Of a DNA stretch of 64,000 bases, positions 38,442-47,577 are shown piece after piece. The DNA is from Sediminibacterium sp. (lineage in GTDB: Bacteria; Bacteroidota; Bacteroidia; Chitinophagales; Chitinophagaceae), in NCBI GenBank assembly GCA_046079965.1, contig JBJTTC010000066.1, positions 7,524-71,523 on the forward strand. The letters are read 5' to 3'. The notes beneath the pieces were generated by a model. The model made no database searches and was not told the DNA's origin. It saw nothing but the letters and a program-made list of their open reading frames with translations. Positions within the stretch are counted from its first letter, which is position 1. Each line of letters opens with the position of its first letter. Position numbers and translations under genes: made by a program.

Positions 38442-39917
38442 TCAATTTTTTTCTTTTTCTTTTGACTTGATCTTAATGATTTCGTCGAACTGTTCCATTG
38501 TCAGTTGTTTGCCAATGATTCTTTTTTCTCTGTCAAGCAGATAAAGAGTAGGCGTTTTATGCATGTCATAAGCCTGTCTGAAGTTCATCTGGCCTGCTTT
38601 TTCGGCTTTGATTCTGGCATCCGGGCTTTCATGTGTGTGGTACCAACCGATTAGTTTGTTGTCTTTGATGAAGCGTTTCCAGGAGGTAAATTCGGGCTCA
38701 TTGATGTTGACTGCATAGATTGCCACACCCTGGGTCTTCCATTTTGCTCTATAGATGGAATCTAGTCGGGGCAACTCGGTTTTACAATGACCACAGGTCG
38801 GATCCCAGAATGCAATAACCGTGAAAGGAGCATTGACGCTGTAAAGGGGAGTGATTTTTCCCGAACTATCCGGAAATTCCATGTTGTAAGCAGGCAGTCC
38901 GATCTGATTGGCCATCAGGTTATAAGCCCTGTCGAAAACTAATTTCTTATTGGTAGGGTCTAAAAGGGTGGAGTCACCTTTCGCATAAAAGTTTTCGAAT
39001 AAGAATACAAATACCTTGTCCTGCCCCATATACTGCGGTGTCATGTATTGACGGGTAAACTTATTCATCAGGTAAGGAAAAATTTCCTTGCCGGGGCGAG
39101 CCGATAACAACATGTAGTTGACTTCTTTTATGATGGAGTCTGCTTCTATGGAGATATAATATTTGAAATACTCATCTAATTTGGGTTCAAAAAACGGGGT
39201 ATGCAGCAGACGGTCGTCGGAAAAATCCACATCATCCCAGAAGTGTCCTTTCACATAAAAATAAGGGTAGGTAGAATCGGGTTTTCCTTTGATGATGGGA
39301 ATTTCGGGTACTTTAGGCCGTTTATTACAACTGAACAATGCAGCCATCAGTGTACCGGAGAATTTGTCGATGATGCTGTCACGATAAGCATCCATTCGCT
39401 CGGTTGTTTTTGCGTAGGCCTCTCGTATATCGGTGGTGTCTTTTTTGGTTTTGTCTTTCTTTTCGTTGAATTCTTTTTCCAAAGACTGCATTCTTTTCTC
39501 CTGTGCAGCAGAATATCTTTTGTAGTCTTCGTATAATTTATTTTCATCCGAACCGGTAATCTTTGCTTTAATGGCTACGCTATTTGAGGTATCTGCTTCA
39601 ATGCGAAAGTTCTGCTGGTCATCCATCAATAAATCAAACTGAATCTGAAACCCATTCAGGTTGGTCACAACAAAATAGATGCCCCCGGTTAGTTTGGTCG
39701 GACCTGAAAAAACGCCTTCACTCTTATCATTCAATTTTGCTGAATCAAACAAGGCCATCTGGGTGCCGTAATGACTACCGAGATAGACGGTAGTATTTTT
39801 CAGGGGATTCAGTTTGATACCAATGTTCCTTCCTCCTGGAAATTGAGAAAAGCCGGCAATGGAAAACAGCATGAGTCCGACAAAAAGAAAAAGTTGTTTG
39901 CGCATGGTTGTATTCAT
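38442..39917 (-). CDS. Secreted thioredoxin-fold (TlpA/ResA-like) thiol-disulfide oxidoreductase with a large N-terminal domain
   Basis: ORF track 38442..39956 uses a TTG start; I prefer ATG 39917 (MNTTMRKQLFLFVGLMLFSIAGFSQ). The C-terminal domain carries FWDPTCGHCK (CxxC). Confidence 0.8.
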   Translation of the reverse strand: MNTTMRKQLFLFVGLMLFSIAGFSQFPGGRNIGIKLNPLKNTTVYLGSHYGTQMALFDSAKLNDKSEGVFSGPTKLTGGIYFVVTNLNGFQIQFDLLMDDQQNFRIEADTSNSVAIKAKITGSDENKLYEDYKRYSAAQEKRMQSLEKEFNEKKDKTKKDTTDIREAYAKTTERMDAYRDSIIDKFSGTLMAALFSCNKRPKVPEIPIIKGKPDSTYPYFYVKGHFWDDVDFSDDRLLHTPFFEPKLDEYFKYYISIEADSIIKEVNYMLLSARPGKEIFPYLMNKFTRQYMTPQYMGQDKVFVFLFENFYAKGDSTLLDPTNKKLVFDRAYNLMANQIGLPAYNMEFPDSSGKITPLYSVNAPFTVIAFWDPTCGHCKTELPRLDSIYRAKWKTQGVAIYAVNINEPEFTSWKRFIKDNKLIGWYHTHESPDARIKAEKAGQMNFRQAYDMHKTPTLYLLDREKRIIGKQLTMEQFDEIIKIKSKEKEKN

Positions 39918-40002
39918 TTTCTTTGGGGGTGACCCAATGTAATTTTTGTGTTGCAAATTAAGGAAAGATTCATTTCTTTATTCATTGAAACCCCATCCTG
40001 AC

Positions 40003-40010
40003 TAACTTTG
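40003..40010 (+). promoter_or_regulatory. Bacteroidota-type -7 promoter element (TAACTTTG) abutting the rlmD start
   Basis: A perfect TAnnTTTG whose last G is the first base of the ORF-track GTG start (40010). A second in-frame GTG lies at 40016. Confidence 0.4.
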
Positions 40011-41434
40011 TGCCAGTGAAAAAGCAGCGAAAAGCCGTCTTACTAAACAACCTGACCGTATCTGATTATGCCGCCGAAGGAAAATCACTGGCCCGGCTCG
40101 ATGGCAAGGTCATTTTTATAGAAGGAGCAGTTCCGGGAGACATTGTTGATGTTTTGTTAAAAAAGAATAAGCCGGACTGGGCAGAAGGGGTGGCAGTGCA
40201 TTTTCATCAATATTCCCCGCATCGCCTTGTTCCATTTTGTCAACATTTCGGTGTTTGTGGGGGTTGCCAATGGCAGATGTTGCCCTATGAAATGCAGTTG
40301 AAATATAAGCAGCAGCAAGTATCTGAGGTGCTTCAGCGCATAGGGAAAATATTACTTCCCCCCATTGAGCCAATTCTCGGTGCCGTAAGAACCATTCACT
40401 ACCGCAATAAGCTAGAATATACTTTTGGTGAAAGAAGATATATACCGCCAGATGAGTTTACCAAAATGAAGGCATCCGGTGAAACAGATCCGGGTAGAGG
40501 TGCTGCAGGGTTTCATGCACGAGGATTTTTTGACAAGGTAGTAGCAATAACCACCTGTCATCTGCAAGAGGAGCCAACGAATGAGCTCCGGACTTGTATT
40601 GAAATGTTTGCCCGCCAACATGAACTTCCTTTTTATCATCCGCGAACCCATGAAGGTTGGTTGCGCAATCTGGTGATACGGAATACCCAAACAGGGGAAT
40701 GGATGGTTGATGTTGTGGTAGGATATTCATTGCCTGAAATACAACAAGAGCTCGCTTCTCTTTTGATCGAAAGATTTCCCGTTATTACAACGTTGCTCAT
40801 GAGTGTTAACCCCAAGCACAATGATAGTTTAGCCGGTATTGAACCCCGGGTGGTAAAGGGCTATGGATACATCGTAGAGCAGCTGGAAAAGTTTCGATTT
40901 GTGATTAGCGCAAGGTCTTTCTTCCAAACCAATTCCTTTCAGGCGGAACGTCTGTATTGCCTTATTCGGGAGTTGGCAGAACTAAAAGGCAACGAGATTG
41001 TTTATGATATGTATTGCGGAACCGGGAGCATTGGAATTTTTCTAAGCGAAAAAGCCGGAAAAATTATCGGTGTGGAGGTTGTTCGGGAAGCTGTGGCTGA
41101 TGCTGAAAAAAACGCAGAAATGAATGGTGTAAAACAAGCCAGGTTTTTCACGGGAGATGTAACTGAAATATGTGATGATGAGTTTTTTAAAAGAGAGGGA
41201 AAACCGGATGTGATCATAACTGACCCTCCCAGAGCAGGAATGCATGAAAAGCTGGTAAAAAAATTACTCGAAATGGAAGCACCACTCATCGTATATGTAA
41301 GCTGTAATCCAGCAACACAGGCAAGGGACCTGGCTCTGTTGGATGAAAAATATAGGGTAACCCGCTGCTGCCCGGTAGATATGTTTCCTCATACCCTTCA
41401 CATTGAAAATGTAGTACAATTAAAACTTAAGTAA
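40010..41434 (+). CDS. rlmD: 23S rRNA (uracil(1939)-C(5))-methyltransferase RlmD (RumA)
   Basis: N-terminal TRAM-like domain (AEGKSLARLDGKVIFIEGAVPGD), Fe-S cysteines (CQHFGVCGGCQWQ), SAM motif (DMYCGTGSIG), DPPRAG and YVSCNP. The true start may be GTG 40016. Confidence 0.9.
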   Translation: MPVKKQRKAVLLNNLTVSDYAAEGKSLARLDGKVIFIEGAVPGDIVDVLLKKNKPDWAEGVAVHFHQYSPHRLVPFCQHFGVCGGCQWQMLPYEMQLKYKQQQVSEVLQRIGKILLPPIEPILGAVRTIHYRNKLEYTFGERRYIPPDEFTKMKASGETDPGRGAAGFHARGFFDKVVAITTCHLQEEPTNELRTCIEMFARQHELPFYHPRTHEGWLRNLVIRNTQTGEWMVDVVVGYSLPEIQQELASLLIERFPVITTLLMSVNPKHNDSLAGIEPRVVKGYGYIVEQLEKFRFVISARSFFQTNSFQAERLYCLIRELAELKGNEIVYDMYCGTGSIGIFLSEKAGKIIGVEVVREAVADAEKNAEMNGVKQARFFTGDVTEICDDEFFKREGKPDVIITDPPRAGMHEKLVKKLLEMEAPLIVYVSCNPATQARDLALLDEKYRVTRCCPVDMFPHTLHIENVVQLKLK

Positions 41435-41465
41435 CTGGCATTGCCGGCGGATAATTCTTCTTCCT

Positions 41466-42299
41466 ATGACACAATTTCGTCCCAGCCGATTTGAAATTTT
41501 ACCTGTTATTGTCAAAAATTTGCTCATCATCAATGGGTTGTTTTTTTTGGCTCAATTTGCATTCAGCGGGCCGGATGCGCCCATACAAATGGAGTCAGTA
41601 TTTGCCCTGCATGCCTGGCAGAGCAGTCTTTTCCGCCCCTGGCAATTGATTACCCACATGTTTTTACATGGAGATTTCGCCCATATTTTTGGCAACATGT
41701 TTGCCCTTTGGATGTTTGGATCGGTATTGGAGAATGTATGGGGTTCAAGAAAATTTCTGACTTTTTATCTCGTTTGCGGACTAGGGGCTGCACTCATTCA
41801 TCTGCTATTTCTCAGCTATGAATTCCTGCCGATGATGAAGGCATATGAAAGTCTTTATGATCAACAGGCACGCGGACAATGGGTATCGATTGAAGAAATG
41901 AGGAAATTCATGATAACTTACCTGTCAAGCGATCTGAAACCTACCGGTGACATCAAGATGTTGGGCAATGACCCGACATTGAGTAGCGTCATTTTCAATC
42001 AACTTACTGCCAAATACAAGGAAGTGATTAATACAGCCACTATTGGCGCCAGTGGAGCTGTTTTTGGGGTATTGGCTGCATTTGTTTATCTCTTTCCCAA
42101 CACCTACATCTATATCTACTTTTTAATTCCCATCAAAGCCAAGTGGCTTGGCATACTTTATTTTACTTACGAATTGTTTTTTGCCATTCAAAATAGTGCG
42201 GGAGATAATGTAGCCCGTTGGGCTCATGTCGGCGGGGCAATTGTCGGACTGCTAATTGTGTTTACCTGGAACAAAAAGAATCGGCAATCGTTTTTTTAA
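41466..42299 (+). CDS. Rhomboid-family intramembrane serine protease (catalytic residues intact)
   Basis: WQLITHMFLHGDFAHIFGNMFALW (H-x4-H-x3-N), GASGAVFG (catalytic Ser) and AHVGGAIVG (catalytic His). Confidence 0.9.
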   Translation: MTQFRPSRFEILPVIVKNLLIINGLFFLAQFAFSGPDAPIQMESVFALHAWQSSLFRPWQLITHMFLHGDFAHIFGNMFALWMFGSVLENVWGSRKFLTFYLVCGLGAALIHLLFLSYEFLPMMKAYESLYDQQARGQWVSIEEMRKFMITYLSSDLKPTGDIKMLGNDPTLSSVIFNQLTAKYKEVINTATIGASGAVFGVLAAFVYLFPNTYIYIYFLIPIKAKWLGILYFTYELFFAIQNSAGDNVARWAHVGGAIVGLLIVFTWNKKNRQSFF

Positions 42300-42315
42300 T
42301 CAAACATTTTAAACT

Positions 42316-43209
42316 ATGCGCGGTTCATCATATAAATCCAGCCGATCAATTCTTTTGGGTCAGGACAATAATGCGTTGGTATTGCTCTTCGCCGTCAATA
42401 TGATTATTTTTTTACTGCTCCAATTCATCTCGATAGTTTATTTTATCTCCGACACCCCAAGAGAATTTTTTCAGCGGCAGATTCTTGACTGGTTTACACT
42501 ACCTGCTCAATTCGATTTTTTTCTTTCAAGGCCCTGGACACTATTTTCTTTTATGTTCACCCATATTTCCATCTGGCACCTGATTAGCAGCATGCTTTGG
42601 CTTTGGTGTTTTGGCTATATTTTACAGGATCTGGCAGGCAACAAGCATCTCCTGCCCGTTTACCTGTATGGCGGATTTTTCGCCGCATTGACTTTTCTTT
42701 CGGTTCAACCATTCCTTTCTGCATCGCAAGCCAATGTTCCTTCACTTCCCATGATGGGCGCCGGTGCTCCGGTGATGGGCGTTGCTGCTGCTACCACGGC
42801 ACTCTCTCCCAACTATCGATTATTTCCGATGATCAATGGAGGCATCCCGCTCTGGATCATTACTGTGTTGTATGCCCTGATTCATTTTTCTACTCTGGGA
42901 AGTTCATCCATGGCTGTAAGTGCCGCCAGCCTGGTTGCTGGTACCATTGGATATGTATATGTTCATCTCTTACAAAGAGGATTCGATGCCGGTACCTGGA
43001 TGACCGACCTTTATCATCGGATCAACGGCTGGTTTCAGCCCGGACTCCCATCTTTCCAAAAAAAGCAAGCACACGGTAAGCAGCCTTTTGTTAAGATTCC
43101 TAAATCCACCCAACAAAGGCTCGATGAAATACTCGATAAGATCAATCAGCAAGGCATGGAGGGACTTTCGGATGAGGAAAAGGATTTTCTTCGCAAGGCT
43201 TCTGAGTGA
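42316..43209 (+). CDS. Rhomboid-fold membrane protein lacking the catalytic Ser/His dyad (pseudo-protease) with a cytoplasmic C-terminal tail
   Basis: It has the same TM layout as the upstream rhomboid. The equivalent motifs read FTHISIWHLISSMLWLW (N->S), GAGAPVMG (Ser->Gly) and ASLVAGTIG (His->Ser). The C-terminal tail is QQRLDEILDKINQQGMEGLSDEEKDFLRKA. Confidence 0.8.
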   Translation: MRGSSYKSSRSILLGQDNNALVLLFAVNMIIFLLLQFISIVYFISDTPREFFQRQILDWFTLPAQFDFFLSRPWTLFSFMFTHISIWHLISSMLWLWCFGYILQDLAGNKHLLPVYLYGGFFAALTFLSVQPFLSASQANVPSLPMMGAGAPVMGVAAATTALSPNYRLFPMINGGIPLWIITVLYALIHFSTLGSSSMAVSAASLVAGTIGYVYVHLLQRGFDAGTWMTDLYHRINGWFQPGLPSFQKKQAHGKQPFVKIPKSTQQRLDEILDKINQQGMEGLSDEEKDFLRKASE

Positions 43210-43287
43210 ACACTAGAAACCATATTTATCGACAACTTTATAACCAGCCGAACAGGTTTCAACTAAATAAAGTAACTTACTGTTGTT

Positions 43288-44394
43288 ATGCCTGCTTCTT
43301 TAATCAGACGGTTTACCAAGCATATTTTGCTTTGGCTGAATATTTTTCTCTGCATTGTTTTTTTATTGTGTGCCGGTCTGGTTTCAATGTCATTTCCAGT
43401 TGCCTGGCTGACAGGATTTGCTGGCCTCATAATACCCTACCTGATTTTACTTTTGTTGCTTTACCTGCTTTTCTGGTTGATGGCGAAGCCCGTTTTTATC
43501 TTCTTTTCCCTCATTAGCCTCGCAATTGGCTGGAAACAATTGTATGTATTGGTTGCTGTTCAGTCCACCCATGCGTTTACTCAAAACAAAAATTCTGAGT
43601 GGATCAGGGTTGCCTCCTGGAATCTCCGGGGATTCAATGGTATTGGAAAGGCTGCTGCCCGAACACCGCTGCTGAAACAACAGATTGCCGAGACAATTTT
43701 GATGAACAAACCAGACATCATCTGTTTGCAGGAATTCAATCAGTCGGAAAAAGAAAACCACATTTCCCTTTTTTCCCGCCAATATCCGTACTATTTCTTT
43801 GCTCCCGATTATCAGAATAAAGCCGGTGATTATTTCAGCGGATGTGTAATTTTTTCCCGCTGGCCCATCGTTGCAACCCGCCGCATACCATTTGCCGATG
43901 CAGAAAGCTTATTGTATGCAGATATTTTACTGGGTCAGGATACTTTTCGGGTATATACCACCCACCTATGTTCCTTCCGTTTCAATCATGATGATTATGA
44001 GGATTTACAAAAAATCGGCGCAGCAGAGGAAAGAGGGGTAGAAGCTTCCAGGAATATTTTCCGCAAAATGCGAACTGCTTTTCAACGACGCGGACAACAG
44101 GCATTGCTTGTTAAAAAGAAAGTCGAAGAAAGTCCATTCCCCGTTATTTTATGCGGCGACTTCAATGACGTACCCAATAGCTTTACCTATCACCAGATTT
44201 CGGGAGCGGGATTGAAGGATGCCTTCATTCAGGGCTCTGCAGGTATTGGGCGAACGTACACATCCCTTGCTCCAACATTGCGCATAGATTATATTCTCGC
44301 AGGACCTCAATGGAAGGTGGAACAATTTGGTCAGATAGATGAGGGATTGAGCGATCACTTCCTCTTACTGGCAGATTTGAAATGGGAAAAATAG
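43288..44394 (+). CDS. Endonuclease/exonuclease/phosphatase (EEP) family protein with N-terminal TM segments
   Basis: Four N-terminal hydrophobic helices, then EEP motifs (VASWNLRGF, ICLQEF, LCGDFND, SDHFLLLADL). Confidence 0.85.
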   Translation: MPASLIRRFTKHILLWLNIFLCIVFLLCAGLVSMSFPVAWLTGFAGLIIPYLILLLLLYLLFWLMAKPVFIFFSLISLAIGWKQLYVLVAVQSTHAFTQNKNSEWIRVASWNLRGFNGIGKAAARTPLLKQQIAETILMNKPDIICLQEFNQSEKENHISLFSRQYPYYFFAPDYQNKAGDYFSGCVIFSRWPIVATRRIPFADAESLLYADILLGQDTFRVYTTHLCSFRFNHDDYEDLQKIGAAEERGVEASRNIFRKMRTAFQRRGQQALLVKKKVEESPFPVILCGDFNDVPNSFTYHQISGAGLKDAFIQGSAGIGRTYTSLAPTLRIDYILAGPQWKVEQFGQIDEGLSDHFLLLADLKWEK

Positions 44395-44396
44395 AA

Positions 44397-44404
44397 TATC
44401 TTTG
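44397..44404 (+). promoter_or_regulatory. Bacteroidota-type -7 promoter element (TATCTTTG) upstream of cysS
   Basis: Matches TAnnTTTG, 85 nt upstream of the cysS ATG and 3 nt after the upstream stop codon. Confidence 0.4.
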
Positions 44405-44488
44405 TTTGGCAACAGATTTATCAGTCGGTTTCCGCCACCTTCAACCGCAATCAGCTGTTGTTGAGCACCTTTTTTCAACTGAAGTTTC

Positions 44489-45994
44489 ATGTCACTCAAA
44501 CTCTATAATTCCCTCACACGTCAAAAAGAAACATTCACTCCGCTGCATCCTCCCTTCGTGGGAATGTATGTTTGCGGCCCCACAGTAAGTGGCGAAAGTC
44601 ACCTGGGACATGCACGACCATTTATCACTTTTGATGTGCTTTACAGGTACCTCCTGAATACCGGGTATAAAGTTCGCTATGTGAGAAACATCACCGACGC
44701 CGGACATTTTGAGGAGGAAGGAAGGGAAGCAGAAGACAAAATCAGCACCAAAGCTACTTTGGAAAAGCTGGAGCCAATGGAATTGGTTCACAAATACACC
44801 CGACTTTATCATTCTGCCATGGCGCAGTTCAATAACCTTCCTCCAAGCATTGAGCCAACAGCAACAGGTCACATCATAGAACAAATTGAGATGATAAAAA
44901 ATATTCTCTCCGCTGGTTTTGCTTATGAAGTGAATGGCTCTGTCTATTTTGATGTAGAAAAATATCACCAGGCATATTCAGAAAAGGGACAACCCTATGG
45001 AATTTTAAGTGGACGGGTGCTGGAAGACCAACTCGAGACTACCAGGGCACTCGATAATCAGGATGAAAAAAGAAATCGGGCGGATTTTGCTCTTTGGAAA
45101 AAAGCCCCGGCTGAACACATCATGCGTTGGCAAAGCCCCTGGGGAGAGGGTTTTCCGGGATGGCACATTGAATGCTCTGCCATGAGTTCCAAATATCTTG
45201 GAAGTGAATTCGACATCCATGGCGGAGGGATGGACCTTGAATTTCCTCACCATGAATGTGAAATCGCTCAGAGCACCGTAGCCAATGAAGTTATGCCCGC
45301 ACGTTATTGGGTTCACAACAACATGATTACCATCAATGGAAAAAAGATGGGAAAGAGTTATAACAACGTCATCAAGTTGTCTGAACTCTTCACTGGGAAT
45401 CATCCTTTGCTGGAACAGCCTTACTCGCCCGTAACAGTGAGATTTTTTATTTTGCAAAGCCATTACCGCGGCACACTTGATTTCAGCAATGAAGCACTTC
45501 AGGCTGCAGAAAAAGCATTTCGCCGTCTTTGGGAATCATACCAGTGGCTGAATAAAAACGGGCACTCATTGACTTCTTCATCATCCGACACTGGCTTATG
45601 TAACAAAGTAAATGAGTTGTTGGCGGAGATGGATGAATTCATGAATGATGATCTCAATACTGCCAAAGTGCTTGCGAACCTATTTGAATTATCAACCATC
45701 ATTAACTCCCTCAAAGATGGACATCTTTCAACCGGTTCTCTTAGCAATCAGGCGCTAACTCAAATGCAATCTCAGATGAAGCGTTTCCTGGAAGATGTTT
45801 TCGGCCTTCAGCCCGAGCAGGAAGTCAGTGGGGGTAAATTAGATGGTGTATTGCAATTGCTAATCGATATCCGAAAAGATGCAAAGGCGAAAAAAGATTT
45901 TGTCACCAGCGATAAAATTCGCCAGGAACTGATACAACTAGGGGTACAATTAAAAGATGAAAAAGACGGTAGTGTAACATACCAGCTTTCCTGA
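44489..45994 (+). CDS. cysS: Cysteine--tRNA ligase
   Basis: HLGHAR (HIGH-type) and KMGKS (KMSKS-type) motifs, plus GWHIECSAM; 501 aa. Confidence 0.95.
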   Translation: MSLKLYNSLTRQKETFTPLHPPFVGMYVCGPTVSGESHLGHARPFITFDVLYRYLLNTGYKVRYVRNITDAGHFEEEGREAEDKISTKATLEKLEPMELVHKYTRLYHSAMAQFNNLPPSIEPTATGHIIEQIEMIKNILSAGFAYEVNGSVYFDVEKYHQAYSEKGQPYGILSGRVLEDQLETTRALDNQDEKRNRADFALWKKAPAEHIMRWQSPWGEGFPGWHIECSAMSSKYLGSEFDIHGGGMDLEFPHHECEIAQSTVANEVMPARYWVHNNMITINGKKMGKSYNNVIKLSELFTGNHPLLEQPYSPVTVRFFILQSHYRGTLDFSNEALQAAEKAFRRLWESYQWLNKNGHSLTSSSSDTGLCNKVNELLAEMDEFMNDDLNTAKVLANLFELSTIINSLKDGHLSTGSLSNQALTQMQSQMKRFLEDVFGLQPEQEVSGGKLDGVLQLLIDIRKDAKAKKDFVTSDKIRQELIQLGVQLKDEKDGSVTYQLS

Positions 45995-46003
45995 TAGACC
46001 GTT

Positions 46004-46396
46004 TCAATGATTGCAGTCATCGTGGTGCGCATGGTTGTGTTTTCTACACAAGCGATAATTCAGCCAATGAGCCACAACAATACAAACAACTGCTGGTACA
46101 AGTAGAAACATAGTATCCTTTGTAAATAGCAGCCTGATGACCAGTAAGCTGATTCCGGCGATAAAAAAAACAAAGGGCCAACCGTTGTGGTGGTGTTTTC
46201 TTCTTCCGTGAGCAAGTGAAGAACTTCCAATTGCAAAAGCAAGTGCCAGCATCACCAATTCAATTGTTTTGTTGTGGATTATATTGAAACCCAATAGAGG
46301 CAAACTTGAAAAAAACAACGGCAACAGGGCGCAGTGAATGGCACAGGCGAGGGTTGCACCGATTCCAAGGGCATCCCGATTGATTTTTACAGGCAT
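46004..46396 (-). CDS. MerC-family metal-transport membrane protein with His-rich C-terminus
   Basis: GATLACAIHCALLPLFFSSLP is the MerC-type CxxC-containing first helix. There are four TM segments, HGRRKHHHNG in a loop, and a CRKHNHAHHDDCNH tail. Confidence 0.75.
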   Translation of the reverse strand: MPVKINRDALGIGATLACAIHCALLPLFFSSLPLLGFNIIHNKTIELVMLALAFAIGSSSLAHGRRKHHHNGWPFVFFIAGISLLVIRLLFTKDTMFLLVPAVVCIVVAHWLNYRLCRKHNHAHHDDCNH

Positions 46397-46413
46397 TTCA
46401 CAAAGATAACTTA

Positions 46414-46430
46414 TTGCAACTACGTTGCAA
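46414..46430. promoter_or_regulatory. Perfect 7-3-7 palindrome TTGCAAC-tac-GTTGCAA (candidate metalloregulator operator)
   Basis: It lies in the 96-bp divergent spacer, 18 nt upstream of the merC-like ATG and 63 nt upstream of the SCO-family ATG. A Fur-family regulator is encoded two genes downstream. Confidence 0.45.
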
Positions 46431-46492
46431 AAAAAATCCCCCCTTTGTATCTACCCCACAAATGATTCGTAACTTTACATTTCAACTTATTT

Positions 46493-47107
46493 ATGTCTAA
46501 GAAATTTTTTGGGTACATCATTTTTTTTGTCGCCCTGCTTACATTTTTTTATTTCCTCGTTTTCAGGGGAACGGATAATTGGAAATCTAAGCCAGCGGTG
46601 ATCAGTTATGTTAAGCCCTTCCGCTTTACCACACAGGAGGGAAAACCATTTACAGATAAGGACATGCTGGGAAAAGTCTCCGTGGTAGAGTTTTTCTTTA
46701 CTACCTGCCGGGGCATTTGTCCGCGCATGAACAACAATATGCTAGCGATAAGCAGGGAGTTTACCTCAGAGCCAGATTTCAAAGTAGTTGCTCATACCTG
46801 TGATCCGGAACGGGATTCTGTTTCACGTCTGAAGGTATATGCCGATTCATTGAAAATTAACACCGCACAATGGGTGTTGCTTACCGGGAGGAAGGATAGT
46901 CTATACCAGATGGCTCGATCTTCTTATTTACTGGATGATCCCAAAAACAATGTTGAAAAGATTGAAGATCAGTTTTTACATACCCAATTTTTCGCTTTGA
47001 TCGATAGAGAGGGTAGGGTACGCGGCCAGGTTTATGATGGGTTGAAGGAACCTGATCTGGCTAGATTGAGAAGAGACATCAAGCGTTTGCTTGAGGAAGG
47101 GAAGTAA
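46493..47107 (+). CDS. SCO-family (SCO1/SenC) copper chaperone / thioredoxin-fold protein
   Basis: N-terminal TM anchor, FFFTTCRGICP (CxxxC) and the downstream His (AHTCDPERD). 204 aa. Confidence 0.85.
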   Translation: MSKKFFGYIIFFVALLTFFYFLVFRGTDNWKSKPAVISYVKPFRFTTQEGKPFTDKDMLGKVSVVEFFFTTCRGICPRMNNNMLAISREFTSEPDFKVVAHTCDPERDSVSRLKVYADSLKINTAQWVLLTGRKDSLYQMARSSYLLDDPKNNVEKIEDQFLHTQFFALIDREGRVRGQVYDGLKEPDLARLRRDIKRLLEEGK

Positions 47108-47139
47108 GAAAGCAGACAGTAAAGAACATAAAAAAAATC

Positions 47140-47565
47140 ATGTTACAGGTAATCGATACACTCAAGAGAAATCAACTAAACATTACCGACAGCAGGAAAA
47201 AAATACTGCAGTTGTTCATGGATTCTGATGGTGCTCTGGCGCATATGGACATAGAAAGTGGGATTGGCGATGAGTTCGACAGGGTAACTATTTATCGAAC
47301 CCTCCAAACATTTGTTGAAAGAGGCATATTGCACACCATACCCTCTACCGACAATTCCATTCGCTATGCTCTTTGTCAAGAGGCCTGCGGTGGGGGTACG
47401 CACCAGCACAACCACATCCATTTTTTTTGTGATGTTTGTGAAACGACCTACTGCCTTGATCATTTACCTGTACCTGCTGTTCGATTACCAAAAGGTTTCA
47501 GTACGAATCGAACAGATGTGTTAGCAGGGGGTATCTGCAGCAAATGCACCTCATCTTTAAAATAA
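47140..47565 (+). CDS. Fur-family transcriptional regulator
   Basis: Winged-helix region (DRVTIYRTLQTFVERGILH), HQHNHIHFFCDVC and C-terminal CSKC structural-zinc cysteines. 141 aa. Confidence 0.88.
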   Translation: MLQVIDTLKRNQLNITDSRKKILQLFMDSDGALAHMDIESGIGDEFDRVTIYRTLQTFVERGILHTIPSTDNSIRYALCQEACGGGTHQHNHIHFFCDVCETTYCLDHLPVPAVRLPKGFSTNRTDVLAGGICSKCTSSLK

Positions 47566-47577
47566 TTTGTCAAGCAC

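Noticed and set aside
42597-43079. 160-aa alternative-frame ORF within the second rhomboid gene
   Set aside because: It is on the same strand in a different frame. The product is Cys/Arg-rich nonsense, while the annotated frame gives a clean rhomboid TM pattern.
44405-44488. T-box or attenuator in the 85-nt cysS leader
   Set aside because: There are only two weak 5-bp hairpins (CGGTT/AACCG, GTTGA/TCAAC), with no specifier loop, T-box motif or terminator. T-boxes are also not expected in this phylum.
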